This document shows positions 1-8,384 of a stretch of DNA of 31,510 bases, in pieces. The position numbers and the translations under genes were made by a program. Source of the DNA: a virus (Duplodnaviria; Caudoviricetes); the IMG/VR virus record IMGVR_UViG_3300017766_000582, positions 1 through 31,510 of that record. One strand, 5' to 3'. The notes under the pieces are model-generated. The model was not told where the DNA came from and made no database searches. It saw nothing but the letters and a program-made list of their open reading frames with translations. Each line of letters opens with the position of its first letter. Position 1 is the stretch's first letter.

Positions 1-1634
1 ATCCATTCACCAACACCAACCCATTCGTCTGGCTTGATAGTGACGGTGACCGATACATTATTCTTGTTCTCACCCTTACGATGTCCTGCCTTTACCCATT
101 CCTTCCATACCTTACTGGTACGTCCAAGAAGGTCAAGCGCAGATTCTTGTCTGGTGATTGCACCCTTTGGTGCCTTTTGTGGAACAGAGATAACTGCTTG
201 TTGCTTCGGCTTGAAGAACTCATCTTCCACGATTTCTGGATGGTTGTCAATCAAGTATTGGTAGATACTTTCGTTCTTACCAACTCGAACACGACGAATG
301 TAGAAATCGTTATGCCAAGCGTGAATGCCAGAGGAAGTCCCTAATACTAACGAAGAGGTTCCTTCGGGCTTCACTGTGGTTGTACGTGCTGCCTTGTTCG
401 TCCCAATCATTTCCGATACACGTGCATTCTCCTCTTTGACTACATTCGCTGCGTCCTTCATATTCAAATTGAGGACAGTACCAGAGGCGATACCCGTCAT
501 TGACACTCCAATCAGTGCTTCCTTTTCCGTGGTTTTCTTCCATATATCTCTCAAATAATGAAAATTGGTATACGATGCTTGTAATGTTCCGATAAATGCT
601 GCAGCCTTTGCACGTGCGTTGAAATCATCTTGGTCCTTGATGTCACCAGCATTGATGGTGGTCAAGTTACAGAATTGGAACGGACGAAGTGAGATTTCTG
701 CACAAGGATTTAATCCCCAATTGACATCATTGGTGAAGAAGAAGCCTGGTTCACCAGAACCACTCATTTCAATCTTCTTCCAAAGTTCCAAGAATATTTC
801 CTTTTCAATCTTGTGACGAAGAATGACCGCTGAGTTATTGGAACGACCACGTTGTGGATTCGTTTCCCACCAGTTGCCGAACTTACAAGTCAACATATCA
901 TCATCGTCCAAATCAAACAATGAAATCATTGCGGAACGACGAATACCACCAGAAAGAACTGCATCAGCGATGAAGCAGAGAATATCGTGAACTTCGATGG
1001 TGGTAAGGTGTTCACCATTTTGCTTACGGTCAAAAATCTTTTGGATATTGTGTAAGCAATCCTTGAGCGGTTCTGGACCAGGTGCCTTTCCACCAGAGGT
1101 CAAGAGTAACGCACCCTTTGGACGGATATCGCTGAAATCGTATATTGGAAGTGCCTTACCCTTCATATATGCGGTAATCATCACCTTCACCGCATCTGCC
1201 CAACCTTCAATACTGTCGCCCACTAAATAACGACGAGTCTTGGTTGGCTTGTTTACCGGCGGAAGTTGTTCAATATGGGCACGTTGTACTGAATAGCCAA
1301 CACCAGTACCCGACAATAATAGGAACATTACTTCACTAAATGCATCCGTGTGATTGATTGGAAGGAAGCAACAATTGTATAGACGAGCGTTATTGATTTC
1401 AATTGGCTTTCCAGCAAATTGAAGGGAACGCATAGATGGAAGAATCTTCTTATCATATACGAATTGATATGCTGCCTCAATCTCTTCTGCGAGTTGTGGG
1501 AACTTCTTTAAATGCATTTCTTTATTTCTATCAACCAATTCCTTCCAAGTTTCACGGCGTTGTTTCTTGGGTAAGTACTTTGAGTACTTCATAAAGGTTG
1601 TGATTTCAGAAAGAATCTTTGCTTCTAATTGCAT
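1..1634 (-). CDS. nrdJ: Class II (adenosylcobalamin-dependent) ribonucleotide reductase, monomeric RTPR type; 3' end runs off the window
   Basis: Translated by hand (absent from the ORF track). ATG at 1634 follows GGAG and the frame is open to base 1. It reads MQLEAKILSEITTFMKYSKYLPKKQRRETW...LPSMRSLQFAG...YNCCF...GTGVGYSV...SGGKAPGPEPL...VLSGGIRRSAMI...GEPG...NPCAEI...QFCNL...TTVKPEGTSSL, with the catalytic NPCxE motif. Confidence 0.93.
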   Translation of the reverse strand, partial: MQLEAKILSEITTFMKYSKYLPKKQRRETWKELVDRNKEMHLKKFPQLAEEIEAAYQFVYDKKILPSMRSLQFAGKPIEINNARLYNCCFLPINHTDAFSEVMFLLLSGTGVGYSVQRAHIEQLPPVNKPTKTRRYLVGDSIEGWADAVKVMITAYMKGKALPIYDFSDIRPKGALLLTSGGKAPGPEPLKDCLHNIQKIFDRKQNGEHLTTIEVHDILCFIADAVLSGGIRRSAMISLFDLDDDDMLTCKFGNWWETNPQRGRSNNSAVILRHKIEKEIFLELWKKIEMSGSGEPGFFFTNDVNWGLNPCAEISLRPFQFCNLTTINAGDIKDQDDFNARAKAAAFIGTLQASYTNFHYLRDIWKKTTEKEALIGVSMTGIASGTVLNLNMKDAANVVKEENARVSEMIGTNKAARTTTVKPEGTSSLVLGTSSGIHAWHNDFYIRRVRVGKNESIYQYLIDNHPEIVEDEFFKPKQQAVISVPQKAPKGAITRQESALDLLGRTSKVWKEWVKAGHRKGENKNNVSVTVTIKPDEWVGVGEW

Positions 1635-1669
1635 ACTGCTACTCCAAAATCGTTAGGGGTTAGTGGTTA

Positions 1670-1677
1670 AATAAATA
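1670..1677 (-). promoter_or_regulatory. TATTTAT(T) variant of putative phage late/middle promoter motif upstream of nrdJ
   Basis: Minus strand reads AGTATTTATTT, 35 nt upstream of the nrdJ ATG. It has one mismatch to the TATTTATA motif found at similar spacing at four other gene-block starts. Confidence 0.4.
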
Positions 1678-1722
1678 CTACACTACTTGTCGAAAAATAC
1701 GGTGAATACCCAACGATATTTT

Positions 1723-3108
1723 TTAATCTTCCAAATCCATTTCTAATAGTTTCTTTGCCAGATTTTGTCTCGTAACCGTTTCACCATTTTGCATCTGTTT
1801 CTTTAACATAATACCTTTTGCTGACGCCTCATCAAAAATCTCAATTTTCCCGATTCCGGCGTCAATAATCATCGGAAGGGTCTGTCCGTCAGCCCCAAAT
1901 CGGTTCTTAATAACGTGAGCCCGACCCGTCTTATGAACCTTATCTTCCAGCTTCCGTGAGATGGAAATTACCAAGTCTGCGGTCATAATCTTTGCATACG
2001 ACTCAGCAATCTTATCTGCTTGAATTACTTCATCTTGGATACTTGACCGCTGGGTTTGTGAAGCCGTCCAAATCGGGACGTTCAACTCACCAGCCAACCC
2101 ACGAAGTTCCTCATAGATTGCCCCCAATTCTTGGTGTCGAGCATCGGTTCGTGCGGTCGCACTCATCAAATCGGCGTAATCTACGATAATAACATCTGGC
2201 TTGAATCCCAACGATGCCATCTGCTGAACGTGGGCTTGAATCGTATGGGAGGTAATAGTACGAGCGGGATAATACTTAATAATAATTTCACCCTTAATTT
2301 GCTCGACCAATTCCCGAATGACCTCTGGGTGCTCGGGTACCTTGCCCGGCTCAATCCCCGTATAAATGGTATCATATCGTAGTCCGACATAATTTTCATT
2401 TAATTCGAGGGTATAATGAACCACCTTCTTTCCTGCCTTCAAGGCATTCGCACCAATCGTAGCCAATGCCCAACTCTTACCAATACCAGACGGAGCGATA
2501 ACCACTCCCAGCTCACCACCTGCCAATCCACCACCGATAAGAACGTCAATAGCATCCCATCCGGTTCCAATGGTATTACGGGCGTTCTTCATTAGACGGA
2601 GTTCAATATCCTTCTTCCAATCGTGACCAAGCGTCTTGGGTTGACCGCTTCGCATCGCACCATCAATAATCGTCTTGATTTCTCCATACTGACCCATCTG
2701 CAACAAATCTACTGACTTAATAATCGCAGACTTGAGCGTTTGGTTCTTAGCGAAATCCAAGAAACTATCCTTGATATAATCCAAGTCATTGTCCTTCAGC
2801 TTCTGGAAGATACCACGGAGCGATTCAACGATTGATGTGCGAAGCGTATCGTCCTTGACCGACTTGTTCATCTCAACCTTAAAGACTTCCAACGTGGGAA
2901 TCACCTTGTAATCGTTGAAATATTCCAAAGTCGTTTCTACAATCCATTGATTCGCTTCTAGTTCAAAGAAGTTTGGATTGATAACGTCAAAAGACTGAGC
3001 CAAGAAATCTGGCGAGTTCAACATCGCAGCCACAGCCTTAGACTGAAAGCTCGGGCCGAACTTTGCCAGCGTATCTACATTCTTATCGTACTGCTTATGA
3101 TTTACCAT
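1723..3108 (-). CDS. dnaB: Replicative DNA helicase, DnaB/T4 gp41-like
   Basis: 461 aa. Walker A APSGIGKS, YTLEL, Walker B IIVDYADL, PIWTASQ, AESYAK and KNRFG arginine finger are SF4 helicase motifs. Confidence 0.93.
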   Translation of the reverse strand: MVNHKQYDKNVDTLAKFGPSFQSKAVAAMLNSPDFLAQSFDVINPNFFELEANQWIVETTLEYFNDYKVIPTLEVFKVEMNKSVKDDTLRTSIVESLRGIFQKLKDNDLDYIKDSFLDFAKNQTLKSAIIKSVDLLQMGQYGEIKTIIDGAMRSGQPKTLGHDWKKDIELRLMKNARNTIGTGWDAIDVLIGGGLAGGELGVVIAPSGIGKSWALATIGANALKAGKKVVHYTLELNENYVGLRYDTIYTGIEPGKVPEHPEVIRELVEQIKGEIIIKYYPARTITSHTIQAHVQQMASLGFKPDVIIVDYADLMSATARTDARHQELGAIYEELRGLAGELNVPIWTASQTQRSSIQDEVIQADKIAESYAKIMTADLVISISRKLEDKVHKTGRAHVIKNRFGADGQTLPMIIDAGIGKIEIFDEASAKGIMLKKQMQNGETVTRQNLAKKLLEMDLED

Positions 3109-4135
3109 AATATCTCGCTAGTGTACTGAATGAAAAGGTAATCCACTCATCGTAATTTTGGATAGATGATATAATCTTAGTCTTAAACATCAACTTTGTC
3201 AAGTCTGCCTTCCGAAGCGGCGGACAACCTTCTTCATATTTATGTATTATTTTCATCTTTGCATCAATGTTAATATCCACATCGTGCAAATTCATTAATT
3301 GCAAATTTCTGTTTACAATGCTGGAATTATCCAGTATGTTTTCTACCAACTTCGGCTTCTTTTTAATATCAGTATATTTCTGTTCAACCAAATCCAAATT
3401 GACTTCTACATTTGCATCAGCCAATTCTGGAATATACTTTAATATTGTCTTTTCCCCAGCTCCCTTGATTCCATCAATGTTATCACTCTTATCACCAAGA
3501 AGTGACCGATAGAACACAAAGTTAGACGGATGAACACCATAAGTTTCTAGCACCACATCTACATCAAACGTTTTCTTCTTGACGGGATTGTATAGCTTGA
3601 CGCTATCACTCACCATCTGTAAGAAGTCTTTGTCCGTAGAATAAATGATACTGGTTCCACCATTCTTCGTGACCAACTCTGAGAAGTATGCGATAGTATC
3701 GTCAGCTTCAATATTGTCAAGTGCAAGAATAGACACGGGTAAACATTCCACCATTTCTACAAGTGACACCAACTGCCACTTCATATTCTCCCGTTCTTGT
3801 TCATCGGTGGTCATATCATAATTTCTATTCAAGCGAGTCGGTGGTTTCCGATTTGCCTTATATTCCTTATAAATCTTTCGTCTACGTTGTGACCCACCCT
3901 TTCCATCAAATACGAGTACGACTCTGGTAGGTTTGAAACTACGAATAGCAAACCCCAAAGATTTCATAAATCCAGCCATTCCCCCGATATGATTACCATC
4001 TTCATCTAGTGTGGGAATAGCGGCATAACTCCGCATAAATGTGTTGAGTGCGTCAACAATAAGGACACGGGAATTATACCCAATGTCCTTATTGTCAAAC
4101 TGCATACTATCAAACACCTTCAATAAATCAGTCAT
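3095..4135 (-). CDS. 5'-3' exonuclease / flap endonuclease (Pol I N-terminal domain or T4 RNase H-like), stand-alone
   Basis: 346 aa. Motifs LIVDALN, VFDGKGG..RR..Y..YKANR, EADD, STDKD and GDKSDNIDGIKGAGEKT (H3TH). Confidence 0.93.
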   Translation of the reverse strand: MTDLLKVFDSMQFDNKDIGYNSRVLIVDALNTFMRSYAAIPTLDEDGNHIGGMAGFMKSLGFAIRSFKPTRVVLVFDGKGGSQRRRKIYKEYKANRKPPTRLNRNYDMTTDEQERENMKWQLVSLVEMVECLPVSILALDNIEADDTIAYFSELVTKNGGTSIIYSTDKDFLQMVSDSVKLYNPVKKKTFDVDVVLETYGVHPSNFVFYRSLLGDKSDNIDGIKGAGEKTILKYIPELADANVEVNLDLVEQKYTDIKKKPKLVENILDNSSIVNRNLQLMNLHDVDINIDAKMKIIHKYEEGCPPLRKADLTKLMFKTKIISSIQNYDEWITFSFSTLARYYGKS

Positions 4136-5288
4136 TTAGTAATTGTTTTTTAGATGGTGATACTTCGTCCTCATCCTCTGCGGCTTCCTTGTTAACCGCA
4201 GATGGGTCAAAGTCCTTCTCATACTTCATAATAAGTGCTTCACAAATCTTATCGTATAACGCACTCTTACGTTCTTGGTCAGCTTCGAGGAACGCTGGGA
4301 ATTCCTTACCTTGGAACTTTTCGTCCTCATAGGAGTACCACGCACCAGACTGCTTGACGATGCCGTTCTCCTTCAAGACATCCAACCAACTACTATAATC
4401 GTCAATACCACGATTGAAGTAAATGTTGAATTCAGCTTCACGATACGGCGGACCCAAACGATTCTTGGTGATAACCGCCTTTGTGGTGATACCAATAATA
4501 TTACCAGCCGAATCCTTCAACTTTCCAATCTGTGACAGACGGATACGAGTCGAAGCGTGGAATCCGATTGCCTTTCCACCAGACGTAGTGTACGGGTCAG
4601 AGAACGCAGGAGCGTTCATCTTCAAACGGAGTTGGTTGGTGAATACGAGAGCAATCTTCTCACGACCCAAAAGGTTCGTAATCTTTCGCATCGCCTTACT
4701 GATAATGATGGACTTCGCAGTTGCGTAACCATCCTTATTGAAGTCTGCTGCCATTTCCGTCTTAGTGGAAGCAGCGGCAACGGAGTCAACGACAATCGTG
4801 ACCAACTTATCCTTCTTCCCAGACGCACGAACCTTCTCAATGATATTGACGACAGAATCGAAAATATCTTCAACGGTATCGTGTTGAACGTAGACAAGTT
4901 TCTTCATATCTACACCAACGGCAGAGAAGAACTCATCGTTTACAGCGTTTTCGGTATCAATCAGAACCGCAACACCACCACGCTTCTGTGTGGTTGCGAT
5001 AAGTGAAGCACCAACGAGTGACTTACCCGATGCTTCCAATCCAGTCAATTCAGTAATACGACCAGCGGCAATACCGCCGTGGGGACGATTACTGATTGCG
5101 ATATCCAACATTGTATTTCCCGTCGAAATGAAATCCGTCAAATCGGTCGGGGTTTCCTCTTGACCATCCAAGAAATACGCAACTTGTCCATCCTTATACA
5201 ACTTATTCAAGCTATCTGCGATAACTTGTGCCAGTTCATCGCGGTCAGCGGAAGGTACTGGCTTCTTTGTTTTTGTTTCTTTTGCCAT
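4128..5288 (-). CDS. recA: RecA/UvsX recombinase
   Basis: 386 aa. Motifs ISTG...LD, GRITELTGLEASGKS, IDTENA, IVVDSVAA, FTNQLR, TTSGGKAIGFHASTRI, KNRLGPP and GAWY, plus an acidic C-terminal tail. SD is AAGGA. Confidence 0.95.
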   Translation of the reverse strand: MAKETKTKKPVPSADRDELAQVIADSLNKLYKDGQVAYFLDGQEETPTDLTDFISTGNTMLDIAISNRPHGGIAAGRITELTGLEASGKSLVGASLIATTQKRGGVAVLIDTENAVNDEFFSAVGVDMKKLVYVQHDTVEDIFDSVVNIIEKVRASGKKDKLVTIVVDSVAAASTKTEMAADFNKDGYATAKSIIISKAMRKITNLLGREKIALVFTNQLRLKMNAPAFSDPYTTSGGKAIGFHASTRIRLSQIGKLKDSAGNIIGITTKAVITKNRLGPPYREAEFNIYFNRGIDDYSSWLDVLKENGIVKQSGAWYSYEDEKFQGKEFPAFLEADQERKSALYDKICEALIMKYEKDFDPSAVNKEAAEDEDEVSPSKKQLLND

Positions 5289-5306
5289 ATTAATCCTTTA
5301 TGTAAC

Positions 5307-5359
5307 AAAACACGCAGGCGCTAGGTAGTTTTGAGGCTACCTAGCACACAGCGTGTCTT
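5307..5359 (-). terminator. Long stem-loop between ssb and recA (terminator/attenuator or processing site)
   Basis: Inner stem GCTAGGTAG (5320-5328) pairs with CTACCTAGC (5337-5345). Outer stem on the minus strand is AAGACACGC/GCGUGUUUU, ending in UUUUGUU just before the recA SD. Confidence 0.6.
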
Positions 5360-5366
5360 TGGTTAA

Positions 5367-6161
5367 TTAATCGTTGAACAGCTCGTCAAACGCATCAACC
5401 GCGTTCTTGACGTTCTCCTTCGGAGTTGCGGCGGCAACAGTTGCGGACTTAGGTTGCTCAGCTTCCCGAGCCGGCGTGATAACCGCATTGTCCGGGTCAA
5501 GGTACTTCTCGAGCGTAACCTTCAACTCATTGTAAGTCGGCTCAGAATACAGCTCCTTGATGTCGGGCTGAGTGGTCATCCAAAGGTTTGCCTGTGAGGC
5601 ATCGGTCGAAAGCGGAGTCTGTGACGGCTTAACCTTCACCGAAGTCTTAGCGAAGTTGGTATCGCTCTTCTCCTTCGGGATATACTCAACTACAATGTCA
5701 CGACCAGTCTTGGCATCGGTGATATCGCCGTAATCGGGGTCAGAGATGTAGGAGAGAAGTTCCTGATAGACCGTCTTACCGAACGAATAGAACCGAACAC
5801 CCTTATCCTCTTCACCACGAACGATGACAGGGATATAGGTACGGAGCTTCGGCATGAACGGACGAGCCTCAGCATACCGAGCCTTGGCATCCGGCTCACG
5901 CTGGGTATCGTTACGAACGGAATCCGCAAACTCCGCAATCGGGTCACGATTACCATACGAAAGAGGTGAAAGATAAGTCTTGTTGCCGAGATAGTGGAAG
6001 TAGAGTTCGATAAAGGGATTCGAGGGGTTATCCTTCCACGGGACGATACGGATGACCGTCTTGCCTTCCTTGGGCTTCCAGATAGCGGTATCGCGGTCCC
6101 CACCGCCGGTACGCTTGAAACTGTTAAGCTTGCTCTTTAGTGCATTGATGTCTAACGCCAT
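5367..6161 (-). CDS. Single-stranded DNA-binding protein, T4 gp32-like
   Basis: 264 aa. WKP....IRIVP, F.ELYFHY, DPIAEF, FGKTVYQELL and YGDITD..TGRD, with an acidic/hydrophobic C-terminus DAFDELFND. It lies next to recA. SD is AGGAG. Confidence 0.85.
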   Translation of the reverse strand: MALDINALKSKLNSFKRTGGGDRDTAIWKPKEGKTVIRIVPWKDNPSNPFIELYFHYLGNKTYLSPLSYGNRDPIAEFADSVRNDTQREPDAKARYAEARPFMPKLRTYIPVIVRGEEDKGVRFYSFGKTVYQELLSYISDPDYGDITDAKTGRDIVVEYIPKEKSDTNFAKTSVKVKPSQTPLSTDASQANLWMTTQPDIKELYSEPTYNELKVTLEKYLDPDNAVITPAREAEQPKSATVAAATPKENVKNAVDAFDELFND

Positions 6162-6174
6162 TGTACTTCTCCTA

Positions 6175-6199
6175 GTGTTTAGAGTGTTTAGGGTGTTTA
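6175..6199 (-). repeat. Three TAAACAC direct repeats (9-nt period) abutting the ssb Shine-Dalgarno
   Basis: Minus strand: TAAACAC-CC-TAAACAC-TC-TAAACAC-TAGGAGAAGTACA-ATG. Confidence 0.85.
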
Positions 6200-6228
6200 T
6201 AACAAGTAGTTTACCCCAAGTATTAAGG

Positions 6229-6257
6229 AGTATACTACCAAAAGTTTAGTTTGTCAA
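6229..6257 (-). promoter_or_regulatory. Sigma70-type promoter for ssb-recA-exo-helicase
   Basis: TTGACA (6257-6252), 17 nt spacer, TATACT (6234-6229). Confidence 0.85.
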
Positions 6258-6264
6258 GTGCAGT

Positions 6265-6666
6265 TTAGAAATTCAGAATTTGTTGTATTTTAGTACGAAC
6301 TATTTTTAGTTGGCCGTGAGCGGTGACTAAAATAGAATTTTTTAATTCATTCCAGTCCACCCGATATGCCTTGTCAATAACTCCACCATTCTTACTTGCG
6401 ATAAGGGCATTTAATGCATTAATGGTGTATATTGTATTTGTTTGCTTCTTCCGATGTACTGATATAGTAGATGCGGGAGGAGCGTAATGTTCTTTTAATG
6501 ACCCCACAACGATATTATACGTTAAAATAAGTTGATTGGCGTCATCAACGTTTTCTAATACATAGATATTATTAAAAGCGAGTTTGTAGGATTCTTGTAT
6601 GGATTTTACGTGTTGTTCCAATTCTGAAGCTGGAATAAACGTACAAAGTAACTGAGTTTCGTTCAT
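6265..6666 (-). CDS. Hypothetical phage protein, 133 aa
   Basis: Clean ORF filling the gap between the polymerase and ssb. It carries the conserved-looking motif SVHRKKQTNTIYTINALN. Function not recognised. Confidence 0.75.
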   Translation of the reverse strand: MNETQLLCTFIPASELEQHVKSIQESYKLAFNNIYVLENVDDANQLILTYNIVVGSLKEHYAPPASTISVHRKKQTNTIYTINALNALIASKNGGVIDKAYRVDWNELKNSILVTAHGQLKIVRTKIQQILNF

Positions 6667-6697
6667 ATGATACTCTTAAGGCGTTATGATTACTCCC

Positions 6698-6705
6698 TAT
6701 AAGTA
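6698..6705 (-). promoter_or_regulatory. TACTTATA variant of putative late promoter motif
   Basis: Minus strand AGATACTTATAG, 31 nt upstream of ATG 6666. The flanks match AGATATTTATAG at 20724. Confidence 0.5.
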
Positions 6706-6724
6706 TCTATTTTATTCGATAAAA

Positions 6725-7999
6725 TTATATTTTATGTAACAAAAGATTATCGTAATTAGCCCCACGATACTGACGGACGGGATATCCGCCCTTGCTCAAT
6801 ATGTCTGCCACATTTTCCATAATATCCAGCTCGTTGTTTGGGACATCCAGTAGGATAGCGTCATAGGTATACAGAATAACCTTAGAAGCGAACGATTCCA
6901 GATATTTAGAGACATTGTGAACTCTGGCAATCGCTTCCTCTGTCTCGGTCAACTGCATCATATAGTTAAAGACCTTGTTACTGGTGGGGTCTACAACCAT
7001 CACTTTGCGACCCGTTCCTGACAATACAAATCCATTCTGACGGTATTTCTCCCACAGGTCGGACGAATACTCCTTGAGCTTTTGGAAGAACTCTACACCA
7101 CCCGTATCGTCACTATAACCATACATCAGACCGAAGGTACGAGCCTTGGATTCCTCATACTGTTCCTCAGTCACTTCATCCGTCCCATAATACTGTTGAG
7201 CGAGGAAAGTGTGGACCGACGAATCTGGGAGTTGATATCCGACCAAATCTGCCGCAAGACGAAGATGGAATGCCTCATAGTCAAATTGAACAAGGGTTCC
7301 ATTCTCTCCGAACCGACTGACGAACTTCTCACGGGTACCATCGTTCTTGTTCAAAGCGGCAAAGTTGATTCCACCAAACGCATTACTTGGACGACCTGTG
7401 GACGTATAGATATTATAATCCGAATACACGAACTGGTTGTCCGTAGTCCACAATCCAGCCTGCTCAATCTTGGTCAACGTAGGAATGGTAATCTGATTAA
7501 TGAATTCAAACGCAGATGTCTGTTCCGTGGACTGGCAGCGGTCGTACATATGCTTACAGTGTTGTAAGAACGCCTCTGCGGTTTCTATCCACGAAGTCAA
7601 GGGGATACTATAATGCAGATTCTTGAACTTGAACTGGTTCTTAATCTGGTGAATCGCCATCGTATAGTATTCCCGATATAGCGGAATTACGTCATAATTT
7701 AAATGCAATAATGATGCCAAATCAACTACGTTCTTTGCATTCGTCAAGTGTTGTAATTCTTTTTGATGAAGGGTGACCAACTTATAAGCATCACTAAGGT
7801 CTATCTGGAAGTGTGGGGCATCGGGATGGTTGACCGATACGGTATACGAGGTTCCATCATCGAAAAGGAAATGGAGTGACGCTACACGATTCTGCGAAGA
7901 GTGCAGAAATGCGTCAACCGCCACGGGATAGACATACGCAGTCTCTTCCCGAAGGCGGTTGTGTAGTTGTGTCAAATCTGCTTGTGTCGTAATAACCAT
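6725..7999 (-). CDS. Miniature, divergent family A DNA polymerase-like protein
   Basis: 424 aa. TSTGRPSN..GINFAAL resembles TATGRLSS..PNLQNIP. Motif A is FDYEAFHLRL, motif B is SKARTFGLMYG, then FNYMMQ, and motif C is LYTYDAILL. The thumb region is missing and no clear 3'-5' exo motifs are seen. Confidence 0.85.
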   Translation of the reverse strand: MVITTQADLTQLHNRLREETAYVYPVAVDAFLHSSQNRVASLHFLFDDGTSYTVSVNHPDAPHFQIDLSDAYKLVTLHQKELQHLTNAKNVVDLASLLHLNYDVIPLYREYYTMAIHQIKNQFKFKNLHYSIPLTSWIETAEAFLQHCKHMYDRCQSTEQTSAFEFINQITIPTLTKIEQAGLWTTDNQFVYSDYNIYTSTGRPSNAFGGINFAALNKNDGTREKFVSRFGENGTLVQFDYEAFHLRLAADLVGYQLPDSSVHTFLAQQYYGTDEVTEEQYEESKARTFGLMYGYSDDTGGVEFFQKLKEYSSDLWEKYRQNGFVLSGTGRKVMVVDPTSNKVFNYMMQLTETEEAIARVHNVSKYLESFASKVILYTYDAILLDVPNNELDIMENVADILSKGGYPVRQYRGANYDNLLLHKI

Positions 8000-8027
8000 T
8001 AGTTCCTCAATAATATATTATAATTTA

Positions 8028-8056
8028 AATATACTACTACTCAGTTCTATTGTCAA
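8028..8056 (-). promoter_or_regulatory. Sigma70-type promoter for the PolA-like gene
   Basis: TTGACA (8056-8051), 17 nt spacer, TATATT (8033-8028). SD GAGGA precedes ATG 7999. Confidence 0.8.
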
Positions 8057-8384
8057 CCCCTTGAAAATACTCTAATGGGTTATAAAGAATTCTGGACAAT
8101 CCCGGCATCTGTCTACTATAAAAATTTACAGTAGTTTGATTTTTATGCCGTACGCCATAAATTGTCTTACCATCAACGGCGATAGTATCGTTTGCATATC
8201 CAGAAATCAACCACGGCAGTTCAAGTGTTTGGTAAAACGCATTTCTCTTAAATTCATCATATTGCTTCTTGTCAACTTCAACTACTTTGAAATCAGATAC
8301 TAACTTAACGAAATATCTACTAACAAATCCTTTTTCGATTTCTGTAGCTGTGATTTTTGGTTTATTACTTAATGGTGCTTTCAT
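8037..8384 (-). CDS. Hypothetical protein at the end of the baseplate block (~115 aa)
   Basis: The ORF track starts it at 8396. ATG 8384 overlaps the upstream stop (TAATG), so it is the more likely start. No family recognised. Confidence 0.7.
   Translation of the reverse strand: MKAPLSNKPKITATEIEKGFVSRYFVKLVSDFKVVEVDKKQYDEFKRNAFYQTLELPWLISGYANDTIAVDGKTIYGVRHKNQTTVNFYSRQMPGLSRILYNPLEYFQGVDNRTE

Noticed and set aside
34-1230. Short + strand ORFs and the 310..543 minus ORF
   Set aside because: All overlap the continuous nrdJ frame and show no recognisable motifs.
1693-1724. Weak hairpin after the helicase stop as a terminator
   Set aside because: The stem is mostly A-U with a 5-nt bulge and only a 3-bp inner helix, too weak to call.
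6725-7999. PolA-like gene as a pseudogene or intron/intein-split fragment
   Set aside because: The ORF is intact with promoter and SD. The deletion is clean and internal, and no missing thumb fragment or splicing element is recognisable nearby.
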